From Lytechinus pictus (taxonomy: Eukaryota), in NCBI RefSeq assembly GCF_037042905.1, contig NC_087251.1, positions 45,510,001 to 45,574,000 on the forward strand: DNA of 64,000 bases, written 5' to 3'. Position numbers and translations under genes: made by a program. The notes below the pieces were generated by a model, which was given only the letters and a program-made list of their open reading frames with translations, was not told where the DNA came from and made no database searches. Of this stretch, positions 23,656 to 36,533 are shown in pieces. The first letter of the stretch is position 1. Each line of letters starts with the position of its first letter.

Positions 23656-23852
23656 TCACCTGAATCCTGTCTCTATAAGCATACTCTCCAATGTGACGAT
23701 GGCATCATCTTCTATATATGGCTGATGTAGCCAGGAGGAGGCATACATCATCATGATGTCACGGTTGTCATGGTGAGCTACATCCTCGACGATCACCTTC
23801 TTGACCTCAAGTTCCTTCTGGTACATTTCTTGAAGATGCTGAGAGGCTTGAA
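23656..23852 (-). CDS. CINP: CDK2-interacting protein, exon 5 (terminal)
   Basis: ASQHLQEMYQKELEVKK...SWLHQPYIEDD...LESMLIETGFR*, matches the CINP C-terminus (WLHQPY, LESMLLETG); acceptor TTGCAG, phase 1. Confidence 0.9.
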
Positions 23853-24338
23853 CTGCAACGAGGAAGAGCAGAAGAAAGAGATGCATTAGATGAAGGATGA
23901 GAGAGATAGGCTAAGTCACATTTATTTCATTTCATTTCATTTTTCATTTTTCATTTTTCATTTCATTCCATCCATTTTCTCTGGGGTGAACTTAAAGCTT
24001 TACACAGACACAATATAATATTTTCAATCATGAGCCTGCTTCACATATTACATGATGGATCTGTTTTCAAAGAGTTCTTACAGTAAAGATTCTATACTTA
24101 AGTAAACCAAAGGAATTTAAAAAAACAAATAACAAATTCCAGAGGAAAATCAGTTAAGGTTGATTCTTAACCTACCATGAGTGACCTAATGTTTTCATAT
24201 GAGTTCAATACAGTAAAGGAATGAGACACGGAATGATGTCGTATCTAATTCCAACTTCCAATTATACAATTTAAACTTGTACAAAGCAATTTAATGGTGA
24301 TATGTTGGTTAGAGAGATCATTATTGACCAGTACTTAC

Positions 24339-24465
24339 CAAACTTGCCTACTGACCAGCTTGTAAACAATGGACTGGCATCCTGGTCAGATTTCTTTTTC
24401 TGCTCCAATTTCTCCACACCTTGGAAGTGCTTAGTGATAGATGCCATCTTGCTCATCAGTGTAGT
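24339..24465 (-). CDS. CINP: CDK2-interacting protein, exon 4
   Basis: TTTAG|TTLMSKMASITKHFQGVEKLE...PLFTSWSVGKF G|GTAAGT; 127 bp, phases 0/1. Confidence 0.88.
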
Positions 24466-25584
24466 CTAAAATGCGATCAGAAAAGAATTTATTTTTTTTT
24501 GAAAAAAGTATAAGATTCTAACCCCTCATTTTATTTCAGGTAAAAAGTACATGGGCCTCAGGGTAATCCACAAAATAAAATGCCCCTTAGAGCCTTCATA
24601 AACTTTAAAAAGAGCCCCTGAAATTCTCAAAGGGTCCAATGTAAACTGTAACCAATGCAAATTTTCGCTTCTGAGCAAAAAAAAAGTACACAAGTTTTTT
24701 TTAATGAATTTTTGCACCTGTGCGATTAAAAAAATATTGTGATAAAAAATGGCAAGCTTAATAAACATTTTAAGGTACTGTTTTAAGATATTTGAAATGA
24801 TTCAATTTGACCAGATAAAGAGATAGTTTGTCACAACAATTTATCAAAAGTCGTTGTAAACAATTATGACAGGGTCCAATATGAAAGTATTGTTCAAAGA
24901 GAAAATTTCAAGAACACAAGACAAAATGGTCAATATACCAGATTACATCTACTCTAAATCCAAAGATAAAATCCTGAGAAAATGATTAGGAAGAAATATA
25001 ATGTTTATTAACTACTAACAACCTTTCAAATACGGCAAGTCACATCAATACAAATTTCATTGCAGAGGCTCTAATGAAAACTGGTGGGTGTTTCATAAAG
25101 CTGTTTGCAAGTTACAACTGACCTTATGAATGACTGTTGACCCTTTCTTTGGAACTAAATCAACGCCAATGGAAATCTGGTGTGTATCACTTACAAGAAA
25201 GAATCACAAGTCGCTCATAAAGTTGCTCGTAATTTAAGAACAGATTTATGAAACACCAACTTGGTTCACAAGGCTTGTAACTGATGACAAGTCATTTGCA
25301 ATAAGCTTCTGAAATTATACTTGACCAAATTTCGTGTTATGGAAGTGGGCCTTCGTTTTTGTTCATAACTGTGAATAGACCGTACGCATATGATTACATT
25401 ATCTCATAGCGCCCTCCCTCAGAGGATATAGAAATACGCTTGCAGAGTTATCAAAGATATGCAAACTGCAGATCACCAAACACATGCTAAGCATTGGCTT
25501 CAGCCTCTAAGATGGCGGCGAGATGAAGTCAATGCATAAGGTTGACCTGTAAAACTAACATGCAAGCAATAAAGTGTTACTTAC

Positions 25585-25720
25585 CATAGATGTATGTATG
25601 GCAGTCAGCTGTTCACACAGTGTCTCGAGGCCTTCTGGCATTCCATCATTCAGCTCACTCAAGAACTCTACTTCACTCTTGGTCCTCGTCTGAACATCAA
25701 GCTTGCTTTCTCTATCACTC
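25585..25720 (-). CDS. CINP: CDK2-interacting protein, exon 3
   Basis: TTCAG|...EGLETLCEQLTAIHTSM|GTAAGT; 136 bp, phases 2/0. Confidence 0.88.
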
Positions 25721-26162
25721 CTGAATGAAAAGAGACAAGCAGCAATTGATCTGTTTGTTTTCAATGAAGAATAGACACAATTGTTTGCCAACAACTTTAT
25801 GCATTGACAACAAGAACTTCAAGAAGTATTACATGTAGTATACTTGGTGATTTGGCCAATGACAAAAGGAGAGGTCATAAGTGAGAAGTTTTCAGTTTGC
25901 TATCATGTTATCAAATGCTGAGTCACAGTCAGTTTTGGTAGATCTAAATAGCACTTATTTTATAAGTTAAATTCATTGTCAGAAGAGATGCAGTCTAAAA
26001 TCGGATTTACATTTTAAACCTGGCAATTAAATTTAAAATCTGCAGTATATCCATTTCTGTTTCAACAGAGCATTTATCCTTGTGAAAACCTTTTCTTGTC
26101 TCCTTGCGTTATCTTTACAAACAGGTTTCACCGTTAGAAATCAAGATTGTACACCCACTTAC

Positions 26163-26325
26163 TTATATTGAAGTTTAAGATTGATGATCTTGTTGATGAT
26201 GTCGAAGCCTGCATCATTCATTCCATTCCATTTCTCAATATGATTGTGCCAATCGGCGCAGTGGTCCTTGATGACCCTAGCACTCCCTTGAAGCTTCTGC
26301 TGCTGATGACCAGATGGACTAGCAC
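26163..26325 (-). CDS. CINP: CDK2-interacting protein, exon 2
   Basis: GSARVIKDHCADWHNHIEKWNGMNDAGFDIINKIINLK, the conserved CINP N-terminal motif; 163 bp, phases 1/2. Confidence 0.9.
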
Positions 26326-26819
26326 CTGAAAGAAATAAGATTGCAATCTTCAGTTTATCCTTTTCTTCCTTCTTTGGTTTTGATGGCAACCAGTCAGAAT
26401 TGACTATTATTGCCACAGCTTTTAAAAGAAAGAATTAATAATCTTCTTTAAAAAAATTCAGTTATTCTCCTTTTCTTTATTTCTCCTTCATTTTTTTTTT
26501 TTCTTTCCTTTTTTTCAGGTAACTTTTATCATGTTTTTTTCCTATCATGCAGTAAAGAGTCTAGACAGAAATAAGTTTTTTTTACTGGGGATTCATTAAA
26601 CAATTTCAGGCATTTCTTTCCATCATCCCCATCAGTGGAGTCAACGTAGTTAAGCTGAACAACCGATGGTATATAGATTGAAGCTTTTTGGTCTACAAGG
26701 GGGTGAGGTAGAACATGGTCCACACAAATTTCTCATGAACCTTCCATAACTAACAAACTTTCTATAGTGCTGACAATTTTAAATAATTGTTGTAATTTTG
26801 TTAAGGGTTGGAATCTTAA

Positions 26820-27396
26820 AAGGGTACTCCAGGCTGAAAATAATATGATTTGAACAGATAAAGAAATATCAGACAAACAAAACAAAAATTTGATCAAAAT
26901 TGGACAATGAATAACAAAGTCCTGAATTTTAATAGATGATTTTGGTGAAACAGTTCTAAAAACATGTCTTAATGAATATTCAATGAGCAAACTGCTGATG
27001 TCATATGCCCACTTGTTCTTTTGTATTTTTATGATATGAAATTATGTGTATACAACTTTTTCTTTCAAGAACTAAAAAAACAAGTGGATTGACAATTGAT
27101 TTCATGAATAAGTTATTCATCGCTGCAAAATAAAGGGAGACATATCATGTACACATGTATGAAAAATTGAAATAATTATGATTTCAGGTAACATAAGAAA
27201 AAGGAAAGTGAAGATGTGACACTAATCACCAGCTCATCTAATGAATGATGATGTACATACATAGTATAACTCTCAACTGTTTTCACAAAATATTGCTTGA
27301 TTTTGAAATTCTATAGCTTCGTTATTTGCAATCAGATTTTGATCAGTGAATTTTACTTTTTTATGTAAATATAATTATTTTCAGCCAGGAGTACCT
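26820..27396. mobile_element. Non-autonomous Kolobok-like element (TTAA TSD); diverged relative at ~44526-45027
   Basis: TTAA|AAGGGTACTCCAGGCTGAAAATAAT ... ATTATTTTCAGCCAGGAGTACCT|TTAA. Confidence 0.75.
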
Positions 27397-28010
27397 TTAA
27401 ATCAGTCAACATCGATGAAAAAACACTTTTAAAAAATATGTTCTTCAAAAGATTTCATAATACCTTAACAAATTTAATACTCATTAAATACAACTTTCAA
27501 AAATAATATGAACCGGAATTGAGGATTTCAAGTTCACACATGATGATGGTGATAATTTTAAAGCTTCTAAAAAATTGTAACAAAGTGTAAAGTAAGGGAA
27601 AACAAGGGGGTGGCAAAGAGCAATTTTAAATAGAAATGACTGCCAGAATACAGATTTTCAGACATCCTGATTATTCTTCTCCTGCATCGTGCTCCTATTT
27701 TAAATTTTAAGAAAATTTCAACAAATTACCCAATGAAGTTGTTTTAATCTAAGAAAAGACTAAAGAAAACAAAATTCATATGATATATGTCCGGTCCCTA
27801 GAGATTTGCCTAATTTCAGTTTGAGATAATTGGTTGATGATAAAGTTGTAAGATATTAAATAAGGATGTGTCAATTCTTACTGATCTTGCCGAGCTAGCT
27901 GGGGAAAGGAGTTGAAATCTTTGATCCAATCCAAAAATCAAAATCATCAATCATCCCCATCCTGCCTCTTAAGTTCATAATTGCCATAAACCACTAATCA
28001 TATATTATGG

Positions 28011-28414
28011 CAGGGTGCTACATAAGCACTTGCCCAGGGCAAGTAAAAGTTATAGTCGGGCAAGTGTTTTGAAGTAAAGACCAAAACTACTTGCCCGAAT
28101 TGGGCAAGCAAAATTCTCACAGTAGAATTACCAAATTGGGTCGATATGATATACCGACCCTAAATTTGGTCATGGCGGGCAAGATAAAATCACTTTGTAA
28201 AAAAAATGCAAGAACGAGGTGCATCGGTTCATGTCAAAAGAGAGAAAAAAGGGTCAATGGTTTCTAAAACCTTAATATTTTCTTTGAAGAAGTAAAACTT
28301 TTTTCAAGGATTTTTCGGGCAAGTGAAATTGATTTCAGGCAAGTATATTCCAACTATTTAAAAATTTACTTGCCAAACAGGGCAAGTTCATCTAAAAAGT
28401 TATGTAGCACCCTG
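28011..28414. mobile_element. MITE with 7-bp TSD (P-element-like)
   Basis: ATTATGG|CAGGGTGCTACATAA ... TTATGTAGCACCCTG|ATTATGG; internal GGGCAAGT repeats. Confidence 0.85.
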
Positions 28415-28504
28415 ATTATGGTGATCAGAATCAGATCTCTCTTTCTCATCATCGCATCTTCACTCCATCCTCCTCCATGATCCATCAAATCGTACTCATG
28501 ATCT

Positions 28505-30325
28505 AGCCTCGAGGGCTCCGTGATGATATTCAAAAATATTTTTACATATACTTTTACATTACGGAGCCTTGACATGCTGCGCATACATGTAAACACGGAT
28601 GGATTTCCCTACGAAATCCATCTTTAGAACTAGAAATCACTTATATTAGTGGGATTTTATTTTTCTATTAAACCTTCATACGCCTAATGCGTATGAAGGT
28701 TTGAAAAATCTCTTAGTATTAATATGAATAAGTGGAACGCCTCTGGCAGTCTCGCCTGCATTACGCGATTCGATATAGCAGCAGTGCTGAATTTGAAAAC
28801 AGCTACAGTGTATTAAATAATTAATCACAAAAGAAAACGCTCATATGATAATAAAATATTATGCCCATTGACCCAACATGACCTTTGACCATGATCATGT
28901 GACCCAAGACAAGTGCAAAACAATCATTCATACTTGATTACCCTTATGTCTATGTTTCATGAACTACATGTGTAGATCCATAAACTTTCTAATTCAACAA
29001 ATACCCACAACACGGCCAAAGTTCATTGACCCTAAATGACCTTTGATTTTGGTTATGTGACCAGAAACAAGCACAAGATATTCAGGGATACATGTACATG
29101 GTTACTGTACTCTTATGTCCCAAGTTTCATGAATTAGATCTATAAACTTTAAAGTTATGATGACAATTCCACCAATACCCCCAACATAATCAAAGTTTGT
29201 TGACCCTACATGACCTTTGACCTGGGTCATGTGACCTGAAACTCACACAGGATGTTTAAGGATACTTAGTTGCTCTTATGTCTAAGTTTCATGAACTAGA
29301 TCCATAAAATGTCAAAGTTATGACAATTTCACAAATACCCCCAACATGGTCAAAGTTTGTTGACCCTAAGTGACCTTTGACCTCGGTCATGTGACCTGAA
29401 ACTCAGGCAGGATCTTCAGTGATACACTATCACCCTTATGATCAGTTTCATGAACTAGGTCCTTATACTTTAGAAGTTATGACGACATTTCAAAAACTTA
29501 ACCTTGGTTAAGATTTCGATATTGATTCCCCCAACATGGTCTAGGTTCATTGACCCTAAATGACCTTTGACCTTAGTCATGTGACCTGAAACTCAGGCAG
29601 GATATTCAATAATACTTGATTATCGTTATGTCCAAGTTTCATGAACTAGGTCTATACACTTTCTAAGTTATGATGACATTTCCAAACTTAACCTTGGTTA
29701 AGATTTCAATGTTGACGACGCCGCCGTCGCTGCCGTCGGAAACGCAGCGCCTATAGTCTCGCTCTGCTACATGTATGCAGGTAAGACAAAAATAAGAGGT
29801 TTTTTACCAGACCGATCTCGTGTATCCATTTGTTAACACCACAAATACAATAGGCTTGACCCTTGAACCGCTTCGTTATGACGTAGCTTCGATGAGCTAC
29901 GTTATAAAATGCCATTTTGAAGAACAATTCAAATTTTATTATTTGTTAAATGATAATTTTTATCTACATGTAGGCCTATAAATTGTTCTTCAAAACGGCA
30001 TTTTGTAACATAGCTCATTGAAGCTACATCATAACAAAGCAGTTCAAGGGTCAAGCCTATTGTATTTGTGGTGTTTATGAATGGATACAGGAGATTGGTC
30101 TGGTAAGAAACCTCTAATCTTTCTTATACTAAGAGATTTTCAAACCTTCATACGCATTAGGCGTATGAAGGTTTACAGATAAATCAAATCCCACAAATCT
30201 AAGTTATTTCTAGTTCTAAAGATGGATTTCCTAGGGAAATCCATCCGTGTTTACATGTCTTGTATGTCAAGGCTCCATGATGTAAAAGTATTATTAAAAA
30301 ATATCATCACAGAGTCCTCAAGGCT
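28505..30325. mobile_element. Large fold-back (palindromic) element, left arm interrupted by an insertion at 28727-29790
   Basis: 28505-28726 is the reverse complement of ~30120-30325; 29791-29935 is the reverse complement of ~29978-30120. Confidence 0.85.
28727..29790. mobile_element. Helentron/HINE-like non-autonomous element with ~160-190 bp internal tandem repeats
   Basis: Subterminal IR GTCTCGCCTGCAT / ATGCAGGTAAGAC, A-rich ends without clear TSD, five units containing TGACCTTTGACC, GGTCATGTGACC, AAGTTTCATGAA. Confidence 0.65.
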
Positions 30326-30454
30326 TCTCATGTCGTCATGATCCCTTCTTCCATGGTAAATTCATTTTGTTCTCATCCTCATCGCAATATTCCAGATCAA
30401 GTCTTCTCCCAAACTAAACTATTAAACCCCTAAAAGTAGAAAAGACCCACCACC

Positions 30455-32294
30455 CAGGGTGACCAGACGTCCCGTATTTTCCGGGATCATCCCATATTTT
30501 GCTCCTTTGTCCCAAAAACCTTCCCGGGACGCCTATTTGTCCCATATTTCAGAATGTTGAACAAAAAATAATTAATACATAGAAAAATTAAGAATTTTCA
30601 CAAAATAACCAACAGATGACGAAGCAGAGACAACAATAAAGTTGATTACTGTAAACAAATTCTGCAGTGATTTCTTGCTACCCATATTTTCTTCGATCTA
30701 CACACACACACACGCAAAGTCAATAGGCCTACATACATACTGTACTAACTGCTGCTTGCACGTGGCCTGGACTGGCCTCCTGCCTGTGTGCGGCAGGCTC
30801 CTCCACTAGCTACATGTAGGCATGTTGTAGGATCGGGGCAGATTCTCAATGGTGCAAAGAATCCCAAACAATCTGACATGATAAACAGTTTTTTCACCAA
30901 AATAATCACAAAAACGGCAGGAAATTTTTACAATTATAGTATGGATTCTCGGATTACTGATTTGGTAATTTAATCGGAGGAGCAAGTTATTCATAACTAA
31001 ATTTCAGCTTTTGTATTTGTCAGTTTTGAGACTTGTGATCGGTGCAAACTTGTAGTGGGATGAGAGATGCCTGTGTGTGATGCCGCAATGTTAATTTTTA
31101 AGTTCGATAAAGTTTCACTTTTGAAATTTTATTCATTTCTTAAATATTTTAGTTTTCTAACAATTTTTTAAAATATATCAAAAACTCCCCAAATACTTGT
31201 TGAGATTTTCGTTAGATGATTTGATTTTTTTTATTTGTGCTTGAAGTTTGAACTTTTTTCCTCTTTCTTTCATTTTTATTTCTTTTCTATCATCATCATC
31301 ATCATCATCATCTGGTACGGGATGAAGGCGCAAGCCCGTAATTCCCGGTCGCTTCTTGCATGATTGGTCACTGAAAACTACTACTTCATGAGCTTGCGTG
31401 AGGAGTCATGGAAGCTCAAAGAGTATTTTTTGCCAAAATATATCAATATGTCTTTTAAATTTGTCTGTTGTTGGCATTTGTATAAGGTTTTCAGGAAGAC
31501 TATTCCAGTCATTGATTACTCTTTCTTCATCCTTCTATATTCTTCCTGCTTGCCTTTTGTAAAATATTGTTCCATCTATCTTTATTTCCAATCTTTCCTA
31601 GCTTTCTTTCCTGATCCTTTCTCTCTGTTCATTTTTCTTTCGATCCTTCTTGCTCTTACTCTCGTTTTTTTAGATTTCCTTCATTCTTTCTTTCCTTAAA
31701 CTTAGTTTCTTTGCTTCCTTCTCCCTTCCTCTCCTTTTCTTTTTATTCCTTATCTACTTCCAATATTTTCTTTCTCACCTCCCTCTCTTTCATCATTCTT
31801 ATTTTCTTTTTTCCCCCTTATTCTTTAGCTTCCTTCCTGTTTTTCTTTCTTTCAAAGAATAAAGGAAACATTTTTCTATCCTTCATTCTTTCTTCCTCCT
31901 TTTTTCTTACTTTCTTTTACCTTTCTCTCCCTTTTTCATTCACACATTCATTCATCTTCCCTTCCTTTTATTCATTTCAAAGAATGACAGAAAACCTTTT
32001 TTCTTTCATCCTTCTTTATTCTTTCTTTTAATTCTTTACTTAATTTTCCCCTTCATTTTTCTTTCTTTCCTCTTCTCTCGATTCATCTCTTTTCTTTCTC
32101 TCCTTCATTCTTTCGTTCACCCTCGAGCTCCCTTCCTATAAAAGACTTTATTTTGTTTTTTTACAAGTCTAACATTGTGTAGCATTCTTTAGGCTTTTTT
32201 TTTTAATAAAGAAAGACCTGGCTCGGTCGATCTGCTGGTGCATCGTGCTTTGTCGATTGTCCCGTATTTCATTTTGTGAAATCTGGTCACCCTG
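30455..32294. mobile_element. Non-autonomous hAT-like element in CINP intron 1 carrying a long pyrimidine-rich tract
   Basis: TIRs CAGGGTGACCAGA / TCTGGTCACCCTG, subterminal TCCCGTATTT repeats at both ends, degenerate 8-bp TSD CCACCACC/CCACAGCC. Confidence 0.75.
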
Positions 32295-32395
32295 CCACAG
32301 CCAAGTACCACCAGCATGACCAGGGGCCTCGGAATTGGCAAGAGCACAGTTCTTGTGTCTTGTTGTGACACTCCTGTTTTGCATTTAGTGCTTAC

Positions 32396-32465
32396 CTGTA
32401 TTGTTGTCTGTGTTACTTTTGTGAGCACGACGAGAAGAACCTTTCCTCTTTTTTTCATCTGTCAT
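32396..32465 (-). CDS. CINP: CDK2-interacting protein, probable first coding exon
   Basis: ATG MTDEKKRKGSSRRAHKSNTDNNT G|GTAAGC, phase 1 fits exon 2; sits below a CpG-rich promoter-like stretch. Confidence 0.7.
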
Positions 32466-32770
32466 TCTCACTGATTTTTGCGCTTGCCAGAGGCCGGCCG
32501 AGGAGAAGTGGATCCACGTCGAAAAATCCTTCCACTTCCAGGGGCAGGGTAGCGGATATCGGATCGGAGGAGCAAGCTCGCGATGGGGGAATCATCAGCA
32601 GCGCACGTACCGGGATCACGTCGGCTGGGAATTCGCCGGGTGCACGGCATGCATGCAGGACGGACCTGTGGCTTGAAGCGAGTACCGTACGAGTCAGTCG
32701 CTCAAGCTGTCACGTGATCGTTACGATCAGGTGATAAAGTAGCGTCGTCTGCTTGACAACTCTTTTAATT
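32466..32770 (-). promoter_or_regulatory. CpG-rich 5' UTR/promoter of CINP with E-box GTCACGTGAT at ~32709
   Basis: Local GC/CpG enrichment directly upstream of the ATG exon. Confidence 0.5.
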
Positions 32771-35511
32771 CTCTTCGGCTTTTTCTCTCTGTGTATTTTA
32801 AGCCCTACGTTCTGGTGACCACCCATCCCATCCCAATCAGCAGCTACCTTTTTACCTACCCCTTATAATCTAGATGTAGACTGCAGCTCTATTATTCCTG
32901 CTGTTATGCTAAAAGTATAAGCAATGCACTATGAAGTCCAAGAAAAAGGTCATCCTGATAGCTGACAGTGGGATAAACATGCGAGTTGTAGACAATTTAT
33001 ATGTCTGAAAGTCTTATACTATATTATCAATGGAAGTATTCTTAGAGATTGGCTAAAAGTATGAGCCAATATCTCAGGCGGCCGGACCAATATTTGGACA
33101 CATATTATATTACCGGTATATTTTTTTAAATTCTGTTTCTTTGATAGTCATTTTGACTACCTTGCTTGATATGATTAAAAATGTACTAGCACTTTATATA
33201 TAGATGAAAACAATTATATTTTAAAATAGAAGGATTGGTTGAATTGTCTCATAATGACCATGGGAAGTATTTTTTTAAAATGAAAATTGCAAAATTGCAG
33301 CCGATATTTGAAAATGACATCCAACAACATATCATATTACATATCAATCTACTCTTGCAATAGCCATGTTGAATTTTCTCTCCGGATGACAATTCTCAAG
33401 GCCGAGGGTCTCATGGTTGATAATTGTTTATCTTTTTATTTATTACTTATATAATTATTTATTTATCTATCTTGTTATTTAGTTTTCATGTTATTTATTT
33501 ATTTATATGTTAATTTTTTGGGTAGGGATCATCAGGGTTCGTTTTTTTTAGTAAATATACAGGCACCCATAACCCATACACATGTAGACCTTCATATTTC
33601 ACAATTAATATCCATTCTGTCTTAATATCCATTCTGTGCAAGCATCATTAACTCTTTATGAAAACTTCAATTCATGTACATATTACACATTGCTGATAAT
33701 AGATTTCTATTTTTATATTGCAATTTTAGTCATAAAAATTAATTATGTAATGTTGAAAATAATGTATTTTCATTCATATTGCATTTGGGTGTTAACTAAA
33801 TCAGTCAATGGAACACACAAAAAATACATTCTTATAAGCAATGAAAACTTTGAAATAGAGCATCAAAATGGCATTTATTAGTAAAATAGAGTAATACCTT
33901 ATACATATTTGTCATGAATTCTTTGGAAAATGTTGCTTGATTTTGCATATAGGACAAACATTGTCATTTCATTTAATTGCTTTGGTCAAAATTAACTGAG
34001 GTTGATTTTTATACAAACACACACATTACAAGTATTATGAAGCATTACCATTTCAGTTTGGAAAAAAAGAAAAATATTGTGAAAGAATAATTGAATAACA
34101 CAAATATATATCACACAAAATAGCACTCAGTGACTATGATAGACATTGGCAAAGGAGCAAGAAAAAATGGCTACAGTCCATATTTCAAAAGAACACAATC
34201 TGTCACAGTTTGAATAACACTGTGTCAGATAAAATTAACAAATATTATGTGAAAGGTAAGATATAGACTACTTCACAAGCATTTAAGAATACTATTCATG
34301 TGATTATTGTAAAAATAAAATGTATAGGATACATATGTAGAACATCATAAGGGGGTAACACCACAACAACATCATACTATATTTTATCTAATGATCATAA
34401 ATTTGAAAAAGAAAGATATTTAATAACTGACAAGTTTCTTTAAAAAAAAGGGCTGTCTAGGGTAAAAATGCTTCTCGATTTGCCCCCACACACAAAATAG
34501 ATACTTATCATATAAGACAGTCCTTGTTGGCAGTTACAGTTAACTATTAAAAAATGTAAACTGTAAATACAAAGGGTCATACTCTGGACTCTGGTTTAAC
34601 TAAAACAATGGTCTAAGACTAGGTGTTGAAATTATGAGTAGCCATACTATGAACATATAAAAATCAACAGTAAAACATCAAATATCAATACCCATAATCT
34701 AGAATAACTGCCACAAGCAGTAGGCAAGGAATGGTTGTCCAAAATCAAACATATCAGTTGATATATACTGCATAGTATAATTGCACTCCATATAGCAACA
34801 TGTCCATAAAAAGATATACCCATAATTCTTTCAAAACAAATTTATCACTTAATTTAATTAAAAGCCGAATTGACTTGATTTGATTTATTTTTCTTATACA
34901 TGACAATATAATATAACATAAATATAACAAATATCCATTGAAAATAAATCAGGCATACATCATTTAGCATAAATCAGTAGCAGATGATGGATTGCCATTG
35001 TAAATAAAAAATGCTTGGAAATATGAGAAACCAAACCATGTATTAATCATATAATCATATTATGAGCAGAATGGATGAAACCATATTGATTTGAATTTAA
35101 TAAATTATGTGTATCCAAAAACTTGTATAGCCTCTTGTAAATAATCTTTTCAATGATTTTAGAAATACTAGGAAGAATCGATATAGGTCTACTAATTTCA
35201 TGAGAGTTGTCTTTCTTAAAAATAGGATTTACTTAAGCAATTTTTAAGCACTCTGGATAAAAATACGTCTGATATATGATGACTATATAATACGATACCA
35301 AGTATCAAAGCGCAGTTGAGTATATGCACATAGTAACTGCGCTATATAAATGGACATATTATTATTATTATATACTGTATGTGATGAGACATTCCACAAC
35401 AATGAAATATGAAAGAATCATCCTATCCTTAGGATTTTGATCCTCTCCTGTTTTGGAATCACTCTTTTACAATAGGTTAAGATAATAGTGCTATTATCTT
35501 GATTAAATCAT

Positions 35512-35760
35512 GTGAGAGAAAGTCTCCAGATTTTGAACTACAGGTCCAGGGTTCTATTCCCACTGCAGTACCCGCATCCTTTGACAAGGCGTTTATCTAC
35601 ATGTGCCACTCTCCACCCAGGTGTAGTGGCCCCGGTAGGAAGGAATTCCTTGAAGGCATCAGGGCCTAATCAGGGTAGCCTTGCTTAAGCCAGGGTAATA
35701 GCATGAAGCACTTTGAAACATTGTATTAAGCGCTATATCAATGTGGCATATTATTATCAT
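35512..35760 (+). mobile_element. Diverged tRNA-derived SINE
   Basis: GGTTCTATTCCC B-box-like, core CACTCTCCACCCAGGTGT..CCCGGTAGGA shared with the 21025-21323 SINE, AAGCGCTATAT tail. Confidence 0.65.
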
Positions 35761-35928
35761 CACCTTAGGAACAGAAAGGGTAAGACTATTAGTATGGCAG
35801 ACACTTAACACCCTCCAAACTCCACAGAATAATGGTTTAACTTCTCACAAAGGTTAATTTACCCATGAGTTATTCAAGCACATTTTTTTTCATCAAGTTC
35901 ACTTTTTTCAGCTTAATCTTCTTCATCT

Positions 35929-36066
35929 CTAAGAGCAGACACTGGATATTTCCTTGATCTTGTTAGCATGGACATCATGAAACGGCAACCAATCGACGGC
36001 CATTTTGACCTCTCCTGTCGCATCCATGAACCCTAGCTCCACCATAGCCTCAAGAACTTTCTCTTC
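35929..36066 (-). CDS. DGLUCY: D-glutamate cyclase, terminal exon 10
   Basis: CATAG|EEKVLEAMVELGFMDATGEVKMAVDWLPFHDVHANKIKEISSVCS*; 138 bp phase 0. Confidence 0.85.
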   Translation of the reverse strand, partial: EEKVLEAMVELGFMDATGEVKMAVDWLPFHDVHANKIKEISSVCS

Positions 36067-36533
36067 CTATGAAAAAAAGAACAAAATGAATTTTGTCAGT
36101 GTACCAATGACCACAGCCTTAAGTACCTTACACTCCTACTGAAAAAATGTACCAATGACACTCAATTGCAACTATATACCATCAAATGTTCTGATGCAGG
36201 TAAATTTTGACCCAAAACACAAATAACACCTGGTTTCAAGGAAACATCTGCAAAGAATGTCATGCAAAGACTGCATGACATGAATCTATACAGATATACA
36301 AACTGATATGTGATTTATGTATACTGATCAATAAGATGAATTTATGTGGACAATTTATTTGGCTATTATTTTTTAGAAGTTATGTCATATGTATATTCAA
36401 TTTTTTCATAATAAAAAACATTGTTGAAATTTGAAATACCAAATATTTGCTTGAGAAATGTAAAATGAAGCAGAATGAGCCAAGTGGATTTCTTTTGTAA
36501 TTTTAATAATATTATACATGATTTATAGCCAAC

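Noticed and set aside
27881..27930. Possible extra CINP exon ending CA|GTAAGA
   Set aside because: Candidate acceptors give 17 or 37 bp, which break the phase that exon 1-exon 2 already satisfy
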